A stretch of 49,818 bases of DNA, counting the filler, from Jimgerdemannia flammicorona (lineage: Eukaryota): assembly GCA_003990765.1 (NCBI GenBank). It is 2 parts of 2 records of this genome, joined end to end, with 100 filler letters (N's around TTAATTAATTAA, not from the genome) between each part and the next. Parts side by side here need not be neighbours in the genome. Positions count along the whole stretch, not along the records: positions 1 to 24,865 come from RBNJ01000910.1; 1 more part is not named here. One strand, 5' to 3'. Below, piece by piece: positions 1 to 13,127 of this stretch. A program made the translations under genes and the position numbers. Below the pieces are notes generated by a model, which searched no databases, had not been told where the DNA came from, and was given only the letters and a program-made list of their open reading frames with translations. The first letter of the stretch is position 1; every line of letters begins with the position of its first letter.

Positions 1-12
1 AAAAAAACTCAC

Positions 13-3000
13 ACGGAAGTATACCCTTGGTTGGGCTAATAATTGGCGGATCTCTTGAAAAAGGAAGAAGCACCCCAGGATAATTGTTACCCACATAAGA
101 GAATCCTTGGTTGGCGCATCCATCGGCAAAATTTCTGCGGCTGCGAACGCTGCAAAAAACAATAAAAAAAGTCCGAATACAAAGGTAAAGCGCATCTTCG
201 CAAAAGTTTGCCATTTGAAATTGATGATCGCCTTCATTGGTGTCGTCACGAATATGGGACTATCGCCGCGGAATACCTGCTTCGTGAATTGGCTCTGTGG
301 CTTCATCCAATGTTTCCAGAAATACTTCAAAAAGTTATCGTTGGCAGTGCACCTTTCATATTTTGTAAAGCCAGGCAGTGGTACTACACAGGTGGTAACT
401 GAGTTGTAGGTTTGATAGTGAGTAAAGTAAAAGGGTGTGTAAATTGAGAGTGGAAATAATTCAATGAAAGTGAAATACCTATATGAGGCGTCTTGTTGAA
501 TTGAAAACGCAGCATACCCTTAAATGAAGATGAAGCGAAATTCATGATCTTTGAATGCCGCTTCATTTGCTCCGGAATCGCAAAGGCGTATAATTCTGAG
601 TGTGTAGAACGCACATAACGACCAAAATGAAAGTGACTCGCTGCTGGAAGGTAGCGAAGTGTCTCCAGCGCTTTTTTAACGGTGTCGGGGTAGGAATGAC
701 AAACTATGTCAAAATCTGCAGTTAACATTTCCATCCATGAGTAAGAGGCGATGCTGAAATGTTTCTTCTGTGAAGTTCCCGTATTCTTGTGCATTTCTCT
801 CACAGCGATGTTTGTCAGCCTTTGGATAAACTGATCGACCATTTCCGGTTGCTGTAAAGACACGAGCTCGCGAAGAACGTGCTTCCCGCCATCACCATTA
901 AGCAAGGAAAGTAAAATCTCGCCTTCAAAACGAGAATTAACGAAACCCTTTTTGAGAATATTTTCTAGCCACTCTTGTTCCCACTGACCTAGCTTTCTCC
1001 AGAGGACTAGTAGGTCGAACATAGGCGAAGTTTTGCATGAACCCCAAGGTGCGGTGTCGAGCAAAGATAGCTCAATATCTCCCAAAAGCTGTTGGGCCCG
1101 GTGCAGTTGTTTTTCCTCAGGTTCAACAGACGTATCTGAAAGGTAGCGGAAAAGTTGCCACCCTCCATTCTCCAATTGAAACGTAGAAGTCGTCAAGTTT
1201 GATGGTATAGGCAAAACATAGCTTCGCTTGAAAATATCTTCGAGACGTATGTACCATTGGGCGTCGACTTCCGAGTCGATGCCATGCATGAGTGCTGATC
1301 TAAGTATTACAGGTACAGGTTTCAAGATTGTGTTGTCACCATCGACGATAGGATCCAGCGGGATGGATCCTCCAGAAGGTGGGATATCGCGCCACATCCA
1401 TTTAGTGCATGGTATGTATCTGCCATCTACTTTGCAGGGAGGATTGACGACGTCAATATCCACGATGCGGACGTTAGCGCCATCAACAATAGCCACACGA
1501 CATGCAGCATCAACATCATCTCCGAAAACGATGTGCACCGTACACTCGCGTAGTGTGCCGATATTAAAGAGATGAAGAACTTGGTCGAGAGTTTTGATTT
1601 CGATGTCCCCCTCCTGTGAGATCCTGAAATGTTGATGTGTAAACCATTCTGTCGCCTTGTCCTGTTCCGAGAAGCCATGTGAAAAACATTGTTTAAATTT
1701 CGGAGGAAAATCCATGCCAACAGAGGTGACACGCAAGCTCTCTGAGATTTCGATAAGAACGTCCCCGTTTGTGAAATCTTCATCGTTCAATTTCATGCGG
1801 TTGAGAAGAGGATTCTGAGTGTTGAATATGTCCAGAAAGTATAACCAACGGCAGCTTGAGGTGTCGGAATTGCTGAAGGTGATGTCGAAGAAGATGTGGC
1901 GATCGGTTTTGAAGCGCAAAAGATTGATTTTTTGTAACTCTTTAAACTCGGGTTCAAATTTTGTGTATGGAATGAGACTCCTGAGACTGGTATTGAGGGA
2001 GCAGATGTGAAGGTTGTCTATAACAGCGATGACTAGCGTGTCTCCGTTCGGCGAAAACTTATTAGAATGTAGAGATTCTCGCCATTGTTGTGGAAGTGGC
2101 AGCAAAGTAATGCGACATCTTAATTGTTCTGTATTGAGCCACCAAATATCGACAATGTTGTGAGTGATGTTGTGAGAATCAAAGACTGTCGCAAGCTGTT
2201 TTCCATCTTCTGAGAAAGAAGGCGCAAGCTTGGTCGACACAAGGTCCTTCATATCGAAGGCGTAAATAGGTGCCCACGTGTTGGTGTCATAGAAATGAAC
2301 AATCGAGAGATCGTCCGCCAACATAAATCTGTCGATACCAGCGTGGAATCGACCCCAACGGACACACGGCTGTTGAAATTCAGTAGGTATAATGTCGTCT
2401 GAACCATTCTGCATAGCCACCAAGGTGAAGAAGTCGTTCGCAGAATCATTACCGCAAGACAAGCACACCACCTCCGCCCCTCTTGACGCAGTGACTTGTA
2501 ATTGCTTGTGTCTGGCTATCCGAATTCGTCGACTCCTAAAAGTTGACCGTCTGAGATCGGCGCTAGAAGTGTTGAAGTCCCAGACACAGATTTCTACATC
2601 ATACGAGGGGCCAAAGCGTTGCATTTCATCCGAGTAAGATTCCTCAACTGTAACGTCGTTATAGCAAACCGTAACTATGTGTTTGTCGTCGACAGAGATT
2701 CCCACATTCTTCAATGTGTATGAATGAGGCCAAATAGTTAGGTCGTCCGGAAGTTGTGCTGCTTCTATAATCGTTTCAATCTGAGTTACGAGATCGATTT
2801 TTGCGTTGAGGACCATTTTTGGTGTGTCATCTCTGTCGTTTGGTTCTTGTGTGAACATGAAATAGTCGTTCGTCAGGTCAAGGTCCGGAAGAGGTTCGCT
2901 CTTCAGGGACCCGCTGAATTGTTGGTCGAAGACATATTTGTTGCATGTAAGTGCTGTTGTGAACGTGGCAGCAGATGCATTGCTGGTAAGTTGTTTGCCG

Positions 3001-3548
3001 TCGGCACTCTTCCTAATGGTCTTCTCGAAATCTCCGTCGTCGTCTTCAAGGTGGTACTCTTCATCGTCGTTGTCATCCGTTTGGTCCCCCGAGACGCAGA
3101 TGATGACTGGAGCCGCTCCATCAGGTTTTTTACGATCTATAGACGGCGAATTGGAAAGGGTAAGGGAGGACACCGTACGGTCTGTCGAGGTAAGCGTACC
3201 GTTTTGTTCCCCGCCAATAAAAAGATCCTCCACATCGCCTTCCTGGGTTGCGAAAGGAGACCCGAGAGTGTTAGGAGTTGTCATGGGGTTGGCTACAATT
3301 CCTCCTCTTGGCTCGGAGGTATTGGGAACAGATACGGAATCTGGCGACGCGGTAGCTGAGGTTGTCGCAGACGGTTGGTGGCGACTGTGTGCATGGTTGG
3401 AAGATAGTTGTACGTCGCCATGTTTAGCATTGATACCAAATGACGACTCTACAACATTTGAAGGTGGTCGGGAGGCATGAGCTGGATCTTGATCGATTTG
3501 TTCTTGCGAACCATTGCGATTCGGCGCGACCACGGCTATCTCTTCCAT
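13..3548 (-). CDS. TRP-like cation channel with long N-terminal disordered and beta-propeller-like region; 3' part lies beyond the left edge
   Basis: Exon 1 is 3548-479 (most of the 1054-aa ORF), followed by a GT-AG intron at 478-399. Exon 2 (398-13), read by hand, gives VTTCVVPLPGFTKY...MKAIINFKWQTF, then hydrophobic helices and LFQEIRQ...YF. These match pre-S1/S1/S2 motifs of fungal TRP-like channels. A GTGAGT donor follows at 12. Confidence 0.8.
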
Positions 3549-5598
3549 CGTAGAGAAACTTCTTGCAGGTAAATTGACTTTTTGCAGGTAAATTGAAGAC
3601 GGAAGGGTTGCTCAAATAGTTTTTTTTTTTTTTTTTTGTACAATACACCTAGTTATGTGTAGCCACAGGGCTTAGACAAAAGGTCATTTTTAGATTTTAC
3701 TGGGGGCAGTCATCTTCATTCGGCGGAGTGTTCACTAAAACTGTCTGCCCTACATTATTTGAGAAAATTGAAATGCCGAATCAGACCTCTCAGTTCTCTT
3801 TGGTGGCGACACGAAGGATGCTATTATCGTGACCCTTAACTAGAGACTCACAGCGCCTTGCCCGAGAATGCTAAAATAAATTTCTCATTTCATCCATCTC
3901 CCCTTCTTTGGCGATACTTAGGCAAAATACCAACGCAATATGCTCTCGAACCATGAAGAGTAGGATTTTTTTCTTTTCTTCTTGCAATACTGGTCGCTTG
4001 TCTCGTGTTGTGCTATAGCAAAATTTCCGAAATATATATATATTATGCAACAACATTGAAATAGCCATAAAAACCCCCCCCCCGATATCATCACATACAT
4101 CTATTATAAAATAGGTTTGTTTATGGCTATTGCATAGTATATGTCGTCGCGTCGGAAATTACACTACACGTGACCGTAGACCCAGTAAACGGAACAGATA
4201 GCCAAGACTCAAAACAGTGATCTGTTACGGTGTTGCGCAGTGTTCCAGGAAATGGTACAGATATCCAAGAAGAGACATGTCCTGTCGCTCGCTCAGTACT
4301 ATGATCTACACAACACATATGATGACATTACGGTGATCATTATTAATTGTATTATATATATTATCGGACAACATAGCATACTGCCGTAACTACCCCTGCG
4401 ATGTGAGGTGCAGTCCATAAACTTTTCATTTTCGGGTGAACGACAAGTCGGGTGAACCACAATAGCGGCAGCGACAAAGTCTGTGAGCGGTTTGTTGCTT
4501 CGCCACCCATGTGAACTTACGTAAACGGCTGTGCAGTGTCGGAAATTAAAAAAGATCAAGTAATGGGAGATTATATAAGAATATCAAGTCAGATTGTGTA
4601 TATTCACAGCAGGGTAGGTCTCTCGCGGGTTGTCCCTTCGGAGGAGGGGGGGGGATTATATCCCACCAGACGGTGGTAGCCCATCTGCCGTTCTCAAAAC
4701 CATGGCACCTCCTAAAAAACCGAGTTTATTCCTCCAACTCAAGCATCAATGACCGTCGAACATGCCCTTGCCGCACCCTACGAACTTGTCACTGCCAGAG
4801 GGTGCCCCTCCCACCTGAAGCGGATCTCCAAAAAAAATTCCAAGCACCGCAAAGAGCGCGCACCTGCAGACGGGGCGCTTCATATGCCACAGCTTCACAA
4901 AGGTGGGTTACGACAGAATTCAACTTGAGCGAGCCATGGACGATGAGCAGAGGGCGATCTTGAAGCGCGGATTGGAAACGTGATCCGGGGGTTATATGGG
5001 TGTGTAGATGGGGAGCTGAGCCTCCCCCCTCCCTCCCCCCCAAAGTGAAATGACATACGCTTCTGCCTAGATCAGCTGCATCACGTGTTCCTTGCAGCGA
5101 AAAAAAATATGAAGCGCGCGAAAGAGCAGCGAAGAGCACAAAATGTTCGATTGACGGAATATTTAAAACGGAATCCAAGCGGTTCACCGACACAATGGTG
5201 AAGAGGCCAGACGAAATGAGGGAGGCAGATGCATCCTGACATTCGTAGAATTAAACTCGTTCCCGCCCGCAACCGAACGTTCGCTGGATGAGAACAATGC
5301 ATTTTTATGGGACATCTACATACGCGCGCACTTAATGCACGCTAAACTAAGCTACACCTAACAGTACAGTACAACCACACGCGCGGTAGTCGTCTCGTTT
5401 CGTTTCATAATACAACCAACGCTTGTTCGGAGCGTCGCGGGGATATAACTATCTAGTAAAAAAAAAAAAAGGCAGAAATACAAAAGGAAGAAAATATTTT
5501 GGCCCCATCCGCCATCACATCCGCTCTAATAAATAAGGCACGGGTTTCCTTCCTCACACATCCATTACTTTCTCCTACCTGCGACCCCTCCTATTCCC

Positions 5599-6418
5599 TC
5601 ACCTCAACCCATTATCATTATCCTCATCCTCCCCAAGCTCCCGATACCTCCTCACGGGGGATCCAACAGGTGTCTCGACAGGACTAACGACATCCTGCGT
5701 CACAATCATCTGAGCGACGCTCGCCCTAGGCAGGAACATATATTCCGTCGCGCCCGTCACGGTCTTGGGGGGCTCTTTCCCAGGCTCCGCGTGCTCCTCA
5801 TGGGGCTCTTGAGCGCCAGCATCAGACTGGTACGATCCACGATATCCCGCCGGGTAAGGGTCGTTCGCGAGTGCGGCTGGGAGCGGGAAGCCATCTTTCG
5901 GGAGGCTGGGTACCGGTGGTGGGGCGTCGGAGGTTCGGTAAGTGTCTCTGTACCTTCGGGCGGGCATAGCCGATGGAGGACGAGAGGAGACAGAGAATGG
6001 ACGATCTGGGTCCTCCTCATCGTATCCGTCGAGGAAGTCGTTGTCGTACGGTTCGTCACCACCCTCCTCGTCATCGTAGTACCCGCCTTCACCCTGATCG
6101 CCCTCCATCATGTCCGCGTATTCGCCGTATCCGTCGAAGCCGTCCTGTGTCTGGCGGGCGGAGGCGGAGGAGTGATAGCGTGGGTCGCGGGCTGGGTAGG
6201 ACATGTGGTCGAAGCGCGAGGAGGCCGGACGAGCGTCCGAGGAGCGACGGGAGGCTGACGCGAAGGAGTCGCGGTTCGGGTCGTCGATTGTGGGGTTGTG
6301 GTCCTGGTCGTGGTCGTGGTCCTGGTCCTGGTCGTGGTCCTGGTCCTGGTCCTGGTCGTGGTCCTGGTCCTGGTCGTGGTCGTGGTCGCGGTCCTGGTCG
6401 CGGTCCTGGTCGCGGTCC

Positions 6419-6455
<37 letters not shown>

Positions 6456-8432
6456 CGTGATCGTGGCCGTGTTCGTGATCATGATTGTGATCATGATCGT
6501 GATCACGATCGTGCTCGTGCTCGTGTTCGTCTCGCTCGTCGATGGAGTGCGGGTGCTGTACAGGGGCGCTTGAGCCGCGCTCGGGGGTGTAGAGTTCCGA
6601 GTATCGGAGCGTGGGGTCCTCAGATTCGTCTAGTAGCGGGGACGACGAGGGTGAGACGGTTGTTGTTGTTGCAGTCGCGACTACGCCTGCGACGACGACG
6701 GCGGCGGTCGTGACGCCTGCGACGGCAAGAATGTCTGAACCAATATTTAGGCCCGACGAGTACCGTTTCGGTGAGAGCGGGGCTGGGTCGGCGAATGGCG
6801 TGGTGGTGATCGGGTCGGAAGGTCTGCGCTGCTGTGGCTCGAGGGATCTTGATTGAGCCAGCTGTGGTTCATAAGGTTGCAGGATCGGTGACAAAGGTTG
6901 TTCTGATTGTTCCGCCTGGTGTGCTGGCGGTTGCGGCGGTGGTCCAGAAGGCGGCGGACCCGGTGGCGGCGGAGCAGGTCCCTTTGACACAGGTTCCTTG
7001 AAGAATGAGTCCTGCGGTACGAATGGTTTCGTGAGCAGCGGGGAGCGCGGGAGGCTCGAGTACTGCTGGTGTGTCATTGGGGGTGAGGCTGCGTTCCTAT
7101 TCATTTCTGGATTGAAGGGGTCGGTGAGGGAGGGGCCCTCGACCTTGAGATGTGGGGCGGGGACGGGGGCGATGACGTTGCCAGAGTTGAAGAGGTCCGA
7201 TGGCGGGCGCTGGGACATTGAGCCGGTGGAGAGAATACGGCTTGATGATGGGCGGGAGGAAGACTTGGGCTCGTCGAATCCATGCGCGACGGAAGAGCGC
7301 AGTGCATTGTACGACCCGCCAAGCAGCGCAGAATCCTTCTTGGGCTTCCCCTTCTTCATATATGCGAACAAGAAGTACCCGACCCCGCCCACAGCACACA
7401 CGACACCGGCGCCGACACCCGCCAACACGGGTGTGGATAGCCCTTTAGGCGCCGTGGTTACCGTTGGTGAGACTGAGTTTGTTGGGGAGGTGGCGGAGAG
7501 AACAACTGGGGTTGTTCCCGTTGCGGTGGCCGAGGGACTCGAGCTGACGCGGGAAGACGTGGTGTGGGTTGAGCTGGCTGCGTGAGACGCTGAGTCGGCA
7601 GAGGCAACATCACGGGGAGTGGTGGCGACGCCCTTCGCATTGTTGGCAACAGCGTGGCTCGAGCTGGCGCTCGTGGCGGCTTTAGGGATACCGCTGCTCG
7701 CGACGGCTTTGGAGGCACCGCCGCTCGCGACGGCTTTGGGGCCACTGCGTTGAATTGGGACAGGAGAAGTCAGGTCTTTACCGGTGGCAGTGCAGGCCGC
7801 GAGGATCGAGGAGATGTACTGGATTGAGGTGGTTATTGTTATTATTATTATCATCATTATTGGAGAAGGGTGTGAGAAGGAAGATGTGGGAGGTTGGTTA
7901 GAAACTTTGCTTGGCTGAGGCGATAAAGATACCGTCGCAGTTCGCTTTTGTACGCTTTTTTTTTTTTTGTCTTAGAATTATTCTTGTCAATCGCCCACAA
8001 CCTTCAAACAAGCTACAATATGCATCAGCTCCCCTATTCGTCACACAACACCTCTTCCGTAATATCGACAATCCGATCAATCAACCGCTACATCTAATTC
8101 ATTGTCACCGTTCCTTTATATATAAGAAAAAATAAAAAAATAAACAAATACGCTACGAAACCACCTACGTTAGCGTTCCCGTAGCAACTCGTGCATGTCG
8201 CCAGGTTGTCGATGTAGGTCTGGTTGCAGTACGCCTTTGTACAGGTGGCACTCTCGTAGTTGGCAGAGCACTTGGCCACAGTGGCGAACATAGTGCTGCA
8301 TGCTTTGTTCTGAGGCTGGCAGGCTGGTGCTGGTGCAGCGGTGACGATGTTGGCGATGGCGATGAGGACGAGAAGGATGGGAAGGTTCAAGAGACGGCGG
8401 TGGGTCGCAGTCCCATGGTGCGACGCGACCAT
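5599..8432 (-). CDS. Type I membrane protein with Wsc/Mid2-like cell-surface sensor architecture
   Basis: Exon 1 (8432-8169) encodes a signal peptide and a Cys-rich domain. A GTAGGT...CAG intron spans 8168-7819. Exon 2 (7818-5599) encodes a Ser/Thr/Ala stalk, the TM helix VLAGVGAGVVCAVGGVGYFLFAYM followed by KKGKPKK, a Pro-rich tail, an HD/QD repeat and an acidic region. Confidence 0.8.
6298..6530. repeat. Coding hexamer microsatellite (GTCGTG/GTCCTG on +) encoding (HD/QD/RD/HE)n on the minus strand
   Basis: Tandem tggtcg/tggtcc units are visible directly and are in frame in the 752-aa ORF. Confidence 0.95.
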
Positions 8433-10641
8433 CTTTTTGGTGGGGGTTGGCAGATGGGTCGGGTCGAAGGGAAAGGAAAGGAAAAGTGGGTGGGGTGGGT
8501 GGAGTCGAGTCAGTCGGCGGATGTTTGTTTTGGTTAACCTGGTTGAGTGTCAGAGTGGGTGATCTCGTTCTAATACAACCGGAAGTGACACAAACCACGC
8601 TCCTGCCAACCTTATTGGGCCACAACAGGTACCACCGAAAACTCCATCCTACCGTTTGACAAAAAAAAACCCCCAATATCGTCATAGACCATATTGCCCT
8701 GCTCACCTCTCATTTCCGTTCCGAGACGGTAGGCGAAATCCGCATTACCACCGACTACCAAAGACGGGAGGGCGTCGTCCAAAGACGGCATCTCCATATA
8801 GGCCCTGCCGTCATCCCGCGATCGCTCCTTGCTGCCACACGAATGAGCTTGCCCCTTTATATTCCGAGTATTGCGATCGCCAATGGTTATTCTGTAACAA
8901 AGAAAAATCATGCCTCGGATTATAAGTAGGTGGAATGCCCTCACCATATTGAAGCGTGTTTCGTTTTGTTGGTCCCAAACCTCAGGTTTTGTGGTGAGTG
9001 TTTGACAGGTAATATTACCCGAGGTCTTACAGACCATTGCACAATAAAAACCGACTCCGCCCTTATCACCAAGGCATTTGCTTGGATCGAGAAATGCTCC
9101 TTTCGCCTCCGCTTAGCTAGCGGCCCGTTTTGACGAAAGCGTAGGGTCCACAAAAGACTCAAATCTACAAAACCATGTAGCTGAAAAAAGAATAAATGAA
9201 ATTACCGATATTGTTCTTTCCACATCCCCCCCTTCCTTCATACACCGACTTCTATGCGCTAACCCAAATTCATTCCCTCAACCTATCAAAATTCCCTTAG
9301 ACCCAAGGGAGAGGGTTGAGCATTTTTCGAAAAAAAAAAAAGAGAGGGAAAAAAAAAAACCCCCCTACACGTTTGGAGCCCCGACATGTGACATGTACTA
9401 CACAACCCTGTGATGACATCATCAACCTATGACCACCCAAACATCCTTGCCATAATTCGTCAGCAACGCTGGAGTAGGACAGAATTTTGGTCGACGCCCC
9501 AAGTGGGCTTTCGCTAATATACAGTTAATGCATTGTTATGATTATCGCAATGTTATTATTATTATCACTATACTACCTATTGAAAGGTTCATTCGTAGCT
9601 ACATCTGCGGTTTTTGGAGGTATTGGTCGAGCGTTTTTTAGTTCCAAATCTAAAAAGAAAAAAATCAAATCGCATGTTCGCCAAACTAACGTGTGTGATT
9701 TGGAGCTATGGCCATGACAGGTTGAATTTGGTTTTCCACAGCAGTCCTAACCCACATTAAAGTTGTCTCACCGTCACGTCGCACGGAATCTGGCGGTGAA
9801 ATGACCAGAAAGTCGAAATTCCAGGATCCCAGGATGATACATGGAAAAGGCGTGAAAAAATCTATACCCATATTGAAGGTAGGTAAGCCTTTCCGCGGCT
9901 GGGGGGGGTAGGGGGATGTAATATATCTGGCGAGGCAAGCGGTGTCCAGCATACCTAAGAGCTCGAGGTTGCTAATTGGTCGAGGTATGGAAAATGACCA
10001 AACAGAGTTGTGCCGCCAATAAGATTATGTCTTGCCAATTACGCTTGGTAATTTTTATATTCCAAAAACACGGTTCGCGGTATGCAAGAAATGTCGATAT
10101 GTCTCCGGTAAACAGAGCGGGGTGGTACATACTAAGCCATAATAAACCATTGACTTCCTACAGACACTCGTACACCTGGATAAAGAGTCCACACTTTAAA
10201 CCGTAAATAATTTACTGTCGGACAACATTACGTAAAAAAAATTACAGCGGGAACACGCTCCGTTACAAAGACCTCCCTTAATACCACACATCCTTTAACA
10301 CAAAAGACCCTTTACAACATATGGCATACGGGTTTTTGCGAGGTTTCGTACAAAGTGTGGCCAGGGCTAGAAAGCGACGACGTCCAAGCATTTAGACCCG
10401 GTTGTACGGTTTTCGTTGTGAATTCATCTGCATCCACGCATCCTAATGGTGCTGACGGGGCTTGGAACGTAACCTTTGACAAGAATGGCCGAAACGAGGG
10501 GTTTCGACGCCGCGATGCTTTCCATTTCCGTTTGGTCATGGTGCAAACAACGGAATGCAAGCGCGAGCCGGAGGGTTTAAGGGTAATTTCGAACATATTT
10601 TCCCGTCTTTATTTAGAAATGGTGAGACCCAACAACAAATC

Positions 10642-12222
10642 TTAAACTGGAAGCCACCCAGTTATGACCTCCCTACTGATGCTTTCAATCTCGCCGCAAT
10701 TCAGGTCTCTAGGAAAACATTGGCTACATAACAAACATGTAATATGAAACCATGCTACCATATATGAGGCCATTATACCTCCTACGATGTCGCTAATTGG
10801 TTCTAATTTACCCACTATAGCTCGATAGCTGTCAAACAGTTGGGAGCAAACAGGGCAAGGTTTCGTGAACAACTTGGATTCGATAAACCGCAACATCGCG
10901 TCAAGGTGGCGTAGAGCGCTGACGCCATCGATTTTTTGCCTTTGAATACCTTCGACTAGTTCCACAATGCGGTGGAAGGGAATGACATCACCGCACATGT
11001 TGTATTGTCGAACAAGTATATACTTCAACTTGACGCACTCGAGCACGGCGGGTTGACCGGAAAAGACCTCTTCTAAGGTTTGAGTGGCTAAAGTGGTGTG
11101 CAGGTCGCACTTTGGTTTTCCGTTCAACGCTACGATGAAGAGATCAATCATCATCTTCAAGGAGTTACTCAGTGCAAAACTGAATTTGGAAGTCGGGATT
11201 TTTCGAGTCGTCACGGATGACATATTTGTGTTGTTGTTCTTCGCTTCGTCGTTCTTGCTTGCCGTTGGTGACGACAAAAGGTCTTGAGTTGACACGTCCT
11301 CCAGTTTAATCACTGGAGCCGGAGGACTGCCTCCGTTGATTGTGCTGTCCTCGTCGAGATTCATTCCAGTATACATGCTCTGGTCGTTGGCAAACCACTC
11401 GAGCATGACATAACGGACTTCTTTAAGAACCTCCTCTCCACGATCCTCGAGATTGCGGAGCTTCTGCACGCCACCGCACACCTTAACGTGCTCCGCGTAG
11501 CGGTTGGCTCCACCGGTCCAAGACATCCTGCGTCGCTTGGACCCACCGATGCGAATCTCTGCGTCGCCTATCCAGAGAATTCTCTTCAGGTCGCGGACGG
11601 CCTTCACGACGTCACCTTCGTTCGGGTCTAACTGGTCGCACAGAGACTTGATGGTTGCAGTGTAGTTGCTGTCTCCGAAGCAAGGTCGGCTAAGCTGGCT
11701 ACAACGAGTGCAGGGAGCGAGGCCAAGACATTTCTTTTGGTCGACTTTGCATCCGTTGCACGCGGCGCCAGGTGAGATCCTTTTCGATGACATCTTTGCA
11801 GTGGGGTGTACGCTGCATCGTTTATGGGTGGTCAGACAGTCTAGGCAGTCTTTGTACTGAGGGTGCTTCTTTAAGAACGTGGCAGTGGGAGCAGTTGACG
11901 ACGGGTTGGATGGTACATTGACGTAGGAGTCCGAGCCACCTCCAGCGTACGAATTCGAGCCGGGACGGACTTGCTGGACAGCGCCTTGGCCGTCTTTCGA
12001 CGGTGTGCCATCATGCGGTTCGGAGTTCAAGTGAATCAGAAGGTTGTTCATGCCCATAAAGATCTTTGGGCATATTAGGTAGGGGCATCGGAGGAACGTC
12101 AGCATACTTTCGTGGACACCCGAGTTGAGATGAGCCAGGAGGAATTCCATTTTGCCGTCGTTATTGATCCATGGACATGCAGGCCTGGGGCAGCGAATGT
12201 TAGAGGGAGTAGGGGGGGACAT
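10642..12222 (-). CDS. Zinc-finger transcription-factor-like protein: 2 C2H2 fingers, CxxC-CxxH motif, Zn2Cys6 cluster
   Basis: 526-aa ORF with CPRPAC...HLNSGVH, CPYLICPKIF...HLNSEPH, CLDCLTTHKRCSVH and ACNGCKVDQKKCLGLAPCTRCSQLSRPC. A TATA-like TATAAAT lies on the minus strand near 12291-12297. Confidence 0.85.
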   Translation of the reverse strand: MSPPTPSNIRCPRPACPWINNDGKMEFLLAHLNSGVHESMLTFLRCPYLICPKIFMGMNNLLIHLNSEPHDGTPSKDGQGAVQQVRPGSNSYAGGGSDSYVNVPSNPSSTAPTATFLKKHPQYKDCLDCLTTHKRCSVHPTAKMSSKRISPGAACNGCKVDQKKCLGLAPCTRCSQLSRPCFGDSNYTATIKSLCDQLDPNEGDVVKAVRDLKRILWIGDAEIRIGGSKRRRMSWTGGANRYAEHVKVCGGVQKLRNLEDRGEEVLKEVRYVMLEWFANDQSMYTGMNLDEDSTINGGSPPAPVIKLEDVSTQDLLSSPTASKNDEAKNNNTNMSSVTTRKIPTSKFSFALSNSLKMMIDLFIVALNGKPKCDLHTTLATQTLEEVFSGQPAVLECVKLKYILVRQYNMCGDVIPFHRIVELVEGIQRQKIDGVSALRHLDAMLRFIESKLFTKPCPVCSQLFDSYRAIVGKLEPISDIVGGIMASYMVAWFHITCLLCSQCFPRDLNCGEIESISREVITGWLPV

Positions 12223-12315
12223 GATATTGGAAAAGGTAAGGTGATGTATTTGCGAGGTTGTGTGGGATATGTCCTTTCGTTTGGGGCCCTATTTATAACG
12301 TACATAATTTAGCGC

Positions 12316-12540
12316 AGCCCGACGTGCCGGCGAGGCGACGAGAAGCCGATGTGGAGTATAAACGCTTCCGCAGAGCCGATGTGACGTCTCGGAGCCGAGC
12401 CGACGTGAAGCCGACGTGACGTTTCACAAATTAGCCCATGTTTCACAGACGAACCGACATTTTTTCACAGCCGTCACAGCCGACAAGCCGATGTCAGGAA
12501 CCGAAATTGCCGACTGCGGAACCGATGTGAGCCGATGTGT
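12316..12540. promoter_or_regulatory. Cluster of same-orientation CCGA(C/T)GTG motifs upstream of the C2H2/Zn2Cys6 gene
   Basis: About 13 CCGA cores, about 7 of them CCGAYGTG, within ~225 bp directly beyond the TATA-like box. Confidence 0.5.
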
Positions 12541-13127
12541 TGTGCCAAAAACGGAAGGTTTAAAATTTTTCGTTCGCAATGTTCCACCAGGGGTATTCCC
12601 AGAGAAAAGTGCACACACACATGAATGCCTTTGGCACCAGAACCCAAGTGCAGCGTCTACACTCAGAGCGTCAATTGTTGACGTGCATAAATTAATCAGG
12701 GACAGGAGGTATAGGAATACATAGTGAAAGGAACCCCGACCTTTGAAATATCCGATATCAAGTAACCTAAAAGATGTTACGTTGCCCTTGCATGGGTCCA
12801 AACACGAATCACGCGCGCTTATTGTTCAAGTCCTAAAGAGACGACGTCTAACAATTTCCAAGTTTGGATTCGTTTTCGGTTCCGCATCACACTTGAAATT
12901 TCACTTCTGGCGTCTCATATGCAATAGCCATCAGTACGAGCCGACCAGCAGTAATTAGGTGGGTTTTTGCGCCTCGATCAGAACCCGAGCCGCATACCGG
13001 TTTTCATGTTACAATTAAAGGTCCCTCCTGTTTTTTTTTTTTTCATTCATCAGTTATATGACATCTCGCACATCCTTTCTACATCTCTATCATGTCTCTA
13101 ACCTAGCTAATTGAGCCTCATCGCCGT

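Noticed and set aside
5757..6713. ORFs with (WS)n, (GR/GP)n, poly-V and poly-T translations
   Set aside because: Alternative-frame and antisense readings of the coding hexamer repeat.
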